From assembly GCF_001945605.1 (NCBI RefSeq), contig NZ_MPKA01000139.1, positions 32,265 to 64,264 on the forward strand: a stretch of 32,000 bases of DNA, written 5' to 3'. The notes beneath the pieces are model-generated. The model was not told the DNA's origin, searched no databases, and saw only the letters and a program-made list of their open reading frames with translations. Below, piece after piece: positions 26,279 through 32,000 of the stretch; position 1 is the first letter of the stretch, and every line of letters starts with the position of its first letter. This stretch comes from Dubosiella newyorkensis (GTDB lineage Bacteria; Bacillota_I; Bacilli_A; Erysipelotrichales; Erysipelotrichaceae). Made by a program: the position numbers and the translations under genes.

Positions 26279-26306
26279 AACCCAGTTTTGGCTGGGTTTT
26301 CTTTTG
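26279..26306 (+). terminator. Rho-independent terminator
   Basis: AACCCAG (26279-26285) pairs with CTGGGTT (26292-26298), followed by a T-rich tail. It lies inside the tracked upstream extension of the corA ORF. Confidence 0.6.
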
Positions 26307-26356
26307 TCTTGGTCAAAAAAGATTCGTTTCGTTCAAATCGTCTTTATAATAAAGGC

Positions 26357-27274
26357 ATGATCACATTTTATCGAAACGGTGAACATGGAGAAATCATCAA
26401 GAGCGAGAAGAAAGAAGAGGCGAGCTGGGTCGATGTCGTTCATGCTTCCCGTGAAGAATTAGAACAGCTGCAAGCAGAGTATTCGATCGAGCCAACTTTT
26501 TTAGAGGCGGCGATGGATGAACAAGAAAGCGCCCACCTAGAACAAGAACAAGATCAATTGCTGTTGATCATGGACCTTTGTAAAGAACAAACCGAAGCAA
26601 ACCAAAAGATTCCGAAGTGGACGACTTTTCCTTTCGCGCTGATCGTAGTCCCACATCGCTTGATCACGATCAGCCACGAGGCGAATCCATTTTTAGAAGA
26701 AATGAAAAAGCGACGTGGGATCAAGCTCGAGGAGCCGATCCATTTTTATCTTGTGCTACTGAAGCTTGTTATTTTGAAATATCAAGAGTACCTCCGTACG
26801 ATCGCATCGACTTCGAATGAAATATCCGAACGGCTTTATAAAAAGATGAACAATGAAGGTCTTCAGCAGCTCATGAAGCTCGATCAATCGCTTGTTTACT
26901 TTTCTTCCTCTTTGCAGGCGAATCAAAACGTCGTAGAAAAGATCCAGGAAATGGATCTTGCGAACGATCAAAAAGTACTGGAAACCACACTTGTCGAATG
27001 CAAACAAGCGTCCAAGATGTCAAATCTTTACCTCTCGATCAATGAGCGGATTTCAGAAGGATGCAATAATATTCTTTCTAACAGCATGAATATCGTCGTT
27101 CAAAGGCTTACTGTCATTACGATCATTCTTTCGATCCCTGCTATTGTATTTGGCTTTTATGGAATGAATGTAAAAAGTTTAAATCTTCCGCATCCGTGGA
27201 TCCCGATCGCTTTGGCTTTGATTACTTCTCTTGCTTGCTGGATCTATTTTAAGCTGAGCGAACGCTACAAATAA
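26357..27274 (+). CDS. corA: CorA-family divalent cation transporter
   Basis: The C-terminal FGFYGMNV (GMN motif) lies between two TM helices. The start is set at ATG 26357, downstream of the terminator. Confidence 0.85.
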   Translation: MITFYRNGEHGEIIKSEKKEEASWVDVVHASREELEQLQAEYSIEPTFLEAAMDEQESAHLEQEQDQLLLIMDLCKEQTEANQKIPKWTTFPFALIVVPHRLITISHEANPFLEEMKKRRGIKLEEPIHFYLVLLKLVILKYQEYLRTIASTSNEISERLYKKMNNEGLQQLMKLDQSLVYFSSSLQANQNVVEKIQEMDLANDQKVLETTLVECKQASKMSNLYLSINERISEGCNNILSNSMNIVVQRLTVITIILSIPAIVFGFYGMNVKSLNLPHPWIPIALALITSLACWIYFKLSERYK

Positions 27275-27292
27275 GAAAAAAGGTAATATCGA

Positions 27293-28651
27293 ATGAATGA
27301 TCAAAAAATTGAACAGGCCCTGAACGCGCTCCATTTTGAAGAAGCCGAAGCGCTTCTTCAAAAACAACAAGACGAAAAAAAGGATGACAACTATTGGCTC
27401 CTGCGTTCAAAGGCGGCGCGAGGATTATATCGTTTAGATGAGGCGCTTTTATGCGCGCAAAAAGCAAAAGACAAAGTCGAGATAGCCAAGTGCTTGTTCG
27501 CGCTAGGAAAGGTGGAAGAAGCGCTCCATGTCTTGCATTCTTTGAAGAAAAACGAGGGAATCAAGCTTGTGGAAGCTTCGCTGTTAGGAGAGATCGGCCA
27601 AGTCAAGAAAGCTCTCATGCTTTTGGAGTCGATCGATCCAGAACAGCTCAAGCCATCTGTTCGCGTAGAATATGAAACGTTGTACGCCGATCTGCTTTCG
27701 TTTCAAGAAAAGATCGAACCCGCTTTCTCGCATTATCAAAACGCTTTGGACTTTGTTTCTTCATGCCAGGCAGATAATTGGAAGCCATTAAGAAGAATGC
27801 TCATTGAGCACAATATGGCGGATGTTTTTGAGCAAATCGAAGAAGAAAAGCTCGCCCAGCTTCACTATGCCAAGGCCAAGGAGCAAATGACGCTCCAAAA
27901 GCAAAGCGATCTTTTGATCAGCGATCTTTCAAGCTATGAGATCGAGCTGCTTCTTTCGAGCGCGAATTGTTTTGGGAATATGGAGGACTTTGATCAGGCC
28001 CATCAAGATCTGCATAAAGCCTACTCGCTCTGGCTTCAAAAACCGCCTTTTCAAAAAAAATATTTCGAGGCACGGATCGCCTATATTTCGGGTTTGATCT
28101 GGATGAATGAAGGAAAGGAAAACGAGGCGATCCGCGCATTTGAACATGCTTTTTCTATACAACAAGTGCTTGTAAAACAAGGCTTGGATAAAGAAGAGCA
28201 TTTAGCGCGGAGCGCTTATTATTTAGCTTCGCTTCTTGATGATCAAAAAGAAAAGCTTGCTCTGTATGCGATCAGCGAGCCGATTTTTGAACAGAGAGTT
28301 GAGAAGGAGCCTTCTTTTTATCTTTCGTGTTTGGCAGATATCGAAAATGAGCGAGGGCGCTTGTTAGACCAAAGCGAATCCTACAAGAAAGCGATCGAGC
28401 TCTATACTCAGCTGTTAAAAAAGCATCCAGACGACCTTTTAGCCAAAGAATCACGACTGATCGCGATGATCAATTTATGGCAGAAAGGAGAAAAAGAATT
28501 GGAAGAAGCGATCCAGAAAGAGCTTGGAGAACTTTATGAATGGGATGAAGATCCTTATTTTCTATATTCTGTTTGCCAATATTTAGAAGCGGATGGGCTC
28601 CCTTGGATTGCTGAGTTTCAAAAGAAGCTAAAACCAGTCTTCGACGCATAA
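27293..28651 (+). CDS. TPR-repeat protein, function unknown
   Basis: The 452-aa protein is all-helical with repeated A/Y/L-spaced TPR-like units and no signal peptide. It starts 18 nt after corA. Confidence 0.7.
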   Translation: MNDQKIEQALNALHFEEAEALLQKQQDEKKDDNYWLLRSKAARGLYRLDEALLCAQKAKDKVEIAKCLFALGKVEEALHVLHSLKKNEGIKLVEASLLGEIGQVKKALMLLESIDPEQLKPSVRVEYETLYADLLSFQEKIEPAFSHYQNALDFVSSCQADNWKPLRRMLIEHNMADVFEQIEEEKLAQLHYAKAKEQMTLQKQSDLLISDLSSYEIELLLSSANCFGNMEDFDQAHQDLHKAYSLWLQKPPFQKKYFEARIAYISGLIWMNEGKENEAIRAFEHAFSIQQVLVKQGLDKEEHLARSAYYLASLLDDQKEKLALYAISEPIFEQRVEKEPSFYLSCLADIENERGRLLDQSESYKKAIELYTQLLKKHPDDLLAKESRLIAMINLWQKGEKELEEAIQKELGELYEWDEDPYFLYSVCQYLEADGLPWIAEFQKKLKPVFDA

Positions 28652-28674
28652 AAAAAGAGAAGCTTTCGCTTCTC
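28650..28674 (-). terminator. Rho-independent terminator of the GH3 gene (the hairpin also lies 3' of the TPR gene)
   Basis: GAGAAGC (28657-28663) pairs with GCTTCTC (28668-28674). A U-run is present only on the minus-strand side. Confidence 0.7.
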
Positions 28675-28680
28675 GAATCA

Positions 28681-30888
28681 TCAATAGCTAAGACCGAATC
28701 CGAATTCGTAATAGTTTCCTTCTTGGTCTTTATAGGCGTAGCCTTTTCCGTTTTCATCTTTGAGTGAATCTGGAAGGTATTGGTCTTTTACATAGCCTGG
28801 AACATCGTTTGGCGAGATACAGACTCCTTTTTTATCTACCGCGATCACTTCATCGTTTTTAGGCAATGTGATCGGGAGTTTTCCAACAGGAGAGACTTTT
28901 CCATAGATCACTTCTAAAAGCGCTTGATCATATGTATCAAATCCAACAAGGAGTGCATCTACATAAGGTTCGATGTTTTGAAGGATCCAAGGCATCGTGA
29001 TGTTGACGGTGGCGATGATTTTTTTGCCCTCTGCTTTGGCATCTTTTGCGATTTGCATAACGCGAGCCATGTTTTTGATGGTCGTTTCTTCATGCTCTGT
29101 TTCTAAAGGAAGCCCTTCTTCTGAGAAGTCTTTTACGATTTTTCCATCGCAAAGATCGATTTCCAGCAATCCCTTTGTGGCAGAGAAGTAGTTTCCAGAA
29201 GATGGCGACAAGACGAGGATGATCGCATCGGCTTGTTCAGGCGTAGTAGCGAGTTCGATCTTTTGGTCTTGATAAAGCTTTGTGAGCGTTTCTGTGAGCT
29301 TTTTAGTGGCTTCTTCGCTTTGATCAAAGCCTTCGACATACACTTTTGTGTTTGCGGCTAACGGTAATGTTTCATTCGTGTTTTTGAGCAATACAACCGA
29401 TTTGCGGTGAACATCCATCGCCGCGTCAAAATCGTTTTGATCGATGACTAGGTCATGGGCTTCTTCTTCGTTACGGTATGGGTTTTCGAATACACCGAGC
29501 TCGAATTTTTCTTTTAGCGTGCGTGTCACGGCGCGATCCAAGGCTTCATCGCTCAATGTGATCTCTTCAAGCGTATACCCTGCTGGGATCGGATGATTTT
29601 TGTAGTAGTCGTTCGTTCTGCGTTCATAAGCTTCTTTGGCATAGTTGACTCCATAGCATTCTGAAATCATATCGACACCCGTATTGATGGCTAGAGCGAT
29701 CCGTTCTGCGCGGTCAAGATCTTCAACGCCCCATCCCATATTATCGATGATTCCAGAGTCGGAATTGACATAGCCTTTGAATCCGGCTTCCTCGCGGAGA
29801 AGCTCTTGGATAAAGTACTTGTTGAAGGCGAAACCAACAGGGATCCACTCGATTTTTTGGCCGTTCAATCCAAATTGTGGCGCGCTTTTTTGTTTGGCTG
29901 GCTTTGCGTAATAAGGCATGATGCTCGCGACTTTGTTTTGGATCGCTGGCATGAAGCCTGGAAGATGATACGTACGAAGTGAATCTTCAGTGGCGTATAC
30001 GTTCCATTGTCCTTCTTTGTAGTGAGGATCGAATCCGTTTTCACGTGCTCCGCCTCCTGACCAGTGCTTGATCGTCAAAGCGACGCCATCTTCGCTGAGT
30101 CCATCGGTTTTGCCTTGCACTGCTGGAACGAGGCGTTTTGCGATTTCTTGGATCATCTCTGGCGATTCGCCGAATGTTCCATAGATTCTTTGCCATCTTG
30201 GGTCTGTAACGGCGTCGACCATATACATATAGCCTTTTTTCATCCCCATCGCGTTCCATTCTTTGCGGATCGCTTTTCCGAACGTATCGATCAAGTCATA
30301 ACCGCTACCGAGCACAGCGGCTCCGATTCCTAGTGTTCCTGGCCAAGATGGGAAGACACCTACCGCATCGTTCATGCCAAAGACCGCTTTTCCGTGCTCG
30401 TTTCTTGAATTTGACGTGATCAAGGCTGGAATGAAGTGCTTGTCTTGTTCCGCGACGTATTGGAGCTGATCGATCCATGCAGCAATCGTTTCTGGAGCTA
30501 ATGGGTAGCGTAAGATAAAGTTGCGCATTTTGTCTTTCAAGAGCGAATCGGTCGTTCCTGGAATATCGTATCCGGCGAAGATCGTATTTTCTCCTACGGC
30601 GCTTTCGTTGAGTAGACCGCTTTCATCGGTTTCTTCTTCTTCTTTTGTTTTTGGGTTTCGGCTTGTCACGAATAGCTGTCCGAGCTTTTCTTCAAGACTC
30701 AACTCTTTGACAAGAGCTTGGGCGCGTTCGTGCGCGGATAATCTCCAGTCGGAGAATGGTTTTAGAATTCCTGAACGATCGATATCTTTAAAATAGAGGC
30801 CGTCGATTTCAAGGATCGGCTGTTCGACGCTTGTGATCGTTGGACCATTTGGATTTTTGTACGTTTTAAATGTATGGCTTGCTTTCAT
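28681..30888 (-). CDS. Glycoside hydrolase family 3 (beta-glucosidase / beta-xylosidase-like)
   Basis: The start is MKASHTFKTY behind a GAAAGGA RBS, giving 735 aa. GH3 N- and C-terminal domain patterns are present (KHWSGGG, GYVNSDSG nucleophile region). The tracked 39 upstream codons are unlikely to be translated. Confidence 0.9.
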   Translation of the reverse strand: MKASHTFKTYKNPNGPTITSVEQPILEIDGLYFKDIDRSGILKPFSDWRLSAHERAQALVKELSLEEKLGQLFVTSRNPKTKEEEETDESGLLNESAVGENTIFAGYDIPGTTDSLLKDKMRNFILRYPLAPETIAAWIDQLQYVAEQDKHFIPALITSNSRNEHGKAVFGMNDAVGVFPSWPGTLGIGAAVLGSGYDLIDTFGKAIRKEWNAMGMKKGYMYMVDAVTDPRWQRIYGTFGESPEMIQEIAKRLVPAVQGKTDGLSEDGVALTIKHWSGGGARENGFDPHYKEGQWNVYATEDSLRTYHLPGFMPAIQNKVASIMPYYAKPAKQKSAPQFGLNGQKIEWIPVGFAFNKYFIQELLREEAGFKGYVNSDSGIIDNMGWGVEDLDRAERIALAINTGVDMISECYGVNYAKEAYERRTNDYYKNHPIPAGYTLEEITLSDEALDRAVTRTLKEKFELGVFENPYRNEEEAHDLVIDQNDFDAAMDVHRKSVVLLKNTNETLPLAANTKVYVEGFDQSEEATKKLTETLTKLYQDQKIELATTPEQADAIILVLSPSSGNYFSATKGLLEIDLCDGKIVKDFSEEGLPLETEHEETTIKNMARVMQIAKDAKAEGKKIIATVNITMPWILQNIEPYVDALLVGFDTYDQALLEVIYGKVSPVGKLPITLPKNDEVIAVDKKGVCISPNDVPGYVKDQYLPDSLKDENGKGYAYKDQEGNYYEFGFGLSY

Positions 30889-30966
30889 GAGGTTCCTTTC
30901 TATTGTTTCATAATTCTCAATAGCAAATGAATGATATAAAATAATACTTTTTGTTAGAATAAAGGT

Positions 30967-31845
30967 ATGAAAGAAAAACTTAGGACGGAGTTTAATCAGC
31001 GCCAAAATATGATTCAGCCTGATTTTGAATTGTATTATTATACAGATACGAATTTACAGTCGGTAAATACCCATAAACACGATTATTATGAAATCCTGTT
31101 CTTTTTAGAAGGGGATGTGAGCACGATCGTGAATGGAGAATCGTATTCGCTAGAACCCGGTGATCTACTGATCGTTCCTCCCAATGTTTTTCATCAAACA
31201 AAGATCAATACGACAAAGGTTCCCTATAGACGCTTTACATTATGGATCTCGACGGCGTTTTATCAAAAAATGGTCCACTTAGATCCAAGCTTTGGCTATT
31301 GGGAAAAGCCGGTTGTCGAAGAGAAAAAATATCATTATCATTTGGACAATATCACTTCTTATAATATTCAATCAAAGATCGTACGCTTGCTAGAGAGCAT
31401 GCACTACGATGAGTTTGGTAAACATGCGTATGAACGATTGTGCTGCTCGGATGTGATGCTAAGCATCAATCAGTTGTTGTATGAGCAGGATCATCCATAT
31501 GAGTTGAAGGAAGGGCAGTCCTTGGCGGAGAGTTTGTTCAACTATATTAAGATGCATATTGATGAAGATATTTCGTTAGAATCGCTTGCGAAAACGTTTT
31601 ATATTTCTAAATACTATATTTCGCATTTATTTAAGTCGCATGTTGGAATGTCGGTTCATCAATATATTATAAAGAAGCGTTTGAATTTAGTGTGCAGTGC
31701 GATCCTTTCGGATATGGAAATCACGAAAGCGTGTGAACAGGCAGGTTTTAAAAACTATTCGAATTTCTACCGCGCATTCGTGAAAGAATACGGCGTGTCA
31801 CCTAAAGAATATAAAGAAAAGCATAGAATAGAACCAGCTCCTTAG
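30967..31845 (+). CDS. AraC-family transcriptional regulator (cupin sensor plus HTH)
   Basis: N-terminal cupin (HKHDYYEILFFLEGD) and C-terminal AraC HTH (ISKYYISHLFK...GFKNYSNFYRAFVKEYGVSPKEY). The gene is divergent from the GH3 gene. Confidence 0.85.
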   Translation: MKEKLRTEFNQRQNMIQPDFELYYYTDTNLQSVNTHKHDYYEILFFLEGDVSTIVNGESYSLEPGDLLIVPPNVFHQTKINTTKVPYRRFTLWISTAFYQKMVHLDPSFGYWEKPVVEEKKYHYHLDNITSYNIQSKIVRLLESMHYDEFGKHAYERLCCSDVMLSINQLLYEQDHPYELKEGQSLAESLFNYIKMHIDEDISLESLAKTFYISKYYISHLFKSHVGMSVHQYIIKKRLNLVCSAILSDMEITKACEQAGFKNYSNFYRAFVKEYGVSPKEYKEKHRIEPAP

Positions 31846-31862
31846 AGCTGGTTTATTTTATG
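31832..31862 (+). terminator. Rho-independent terminator
   Basis: AACCAGCTC (31832-31840) pairs with GAGCTGGTT (31845-31853), followed by a T-rich tail. It overlaps the araC-family stop codon. Confidence 0.65.
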
Positions 31863-31874
31863 TTTTATTTTTGT

Positions 31875-32000
31875 TTATCGCTGAACGCGTCCAGAACCGT
31901 CGCCGCCAGCAAGCTTTTCGACTTCATCGACCGATACGAGGTTGTAGTCGCCTTCGATCGAATGCTTCAAAGCGCTTGCCGCTACCGCGAATTCGATCGC
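31875..32000 (-). CDS. 3' end of a PfkB-family sugar kinase (KdgK-like), partial
   Basis: The minus-strand tail [41 protein letters not shown] resembles 2-keto-3-deoxygluconate kinase C-termini. Confidence 0.6.
   Translation of the reverse strand, partial: AIEFAVAASALKHSIEGDYNLVSVDEVEKLAGGDGSGRVQR

Noticed and set aside
26276-26356. The GTG-initiated extension of the corA ORF.
   Set aside because: It spans the terminator hairpin of the upstream gene (26279-26306) and adds a non-CorA-like hydrophobic leader. The start at ATG 26357 is preferred.
26357-27274. CorA as a possible defence-system effector (CorA-like proteins accompany some type III CRISPR and signalling systems).
   Set aside because: There are no cas, cyclase, nuclease or SAM-lyase-type neighbours. 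The protein has the ordinary size and canonical YGMN motif of housekeeping Mg/Co transporters.
1-32000. A search for rRNA, tRNA, CRISPR arrays, IS elements, integrases or prophage genes.
   Set aside because: I saw no tRNA T-arm or acceptor signatures, no regularly spaced repeats, no transposase- or recombinase-like translations, and no terminal inverted repeats. The only hints of mobility are compositional (3540-7000).

Overview
This is a chromosomal segment from a low-GC Gram-positive bacterium (Bacillota); finer taxonomy cannot be determined from the sequence alone. All family calls come from reading motifs in the translations, because no searches were possible.

Most of the window is housekeeping:
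- On the minus strand: a thiT ECF S-component behind a TPP riboswitch, a metallophosphoesterase, RNase J and peptide deformylase.
- On the plus strand, tightly coupled: a SEDS (FtsW/RodA) protein, coaD, rnc and polC, running straight into a Bce-type peptide-antibiotic module (OmpR-type regulator, intramembrane-sensing kinase, ABC ATPase, FtsX permease).
- Further right: an M19 dipeptidase, a membrane-anchored DinJ/RelB-like protein, corA, a TPR protein, a divergent GH3 glycosidase / AraC regulator pair, and the 3' end of a PfkB sugar kinase.
- The left 3.5 kb holds an ArsB/NhaD-type permease and a cytidylate-kinase-like gene, both broken at homopolymer tracts, plus a small membrane peptide and a lipoprotein of unknown function.

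The most interesting part is an AT-rich, GATC-poor block at about 3540-6560, extending with degraded sequence to about 7000. It contains:
- a LytTR response regulator;
- an overlapping AgrC-like polytopic membrane protein that keeps the H-box and N-box but seems to lack the G1/G2 ATP-lid motifs;
- LytTR-box-like direct repeats upstream of a promoter;
- two exported proteins that share an MY[ST]LDEYxxxF motif, followed by a terminator.

No AgrB, AgrD or C39-peptidase transporter gene is present. I read this as a candidate non-canonical peptide-signalling or LytTR regulatory system, possibly controlling a secreted effector with an immunity or pro-peptide partner.

Other points worth a second look are four homopolymer frameshifts confined to the first 6 kb, a 370-bp non-coding gap with its own promoter-like and terminator elements (candidate sRNA), strong GATC enrichment outside the island, and recurring terminator stems. 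No rRNA, tRNA, CRISPR array or intact mobile element was seen.
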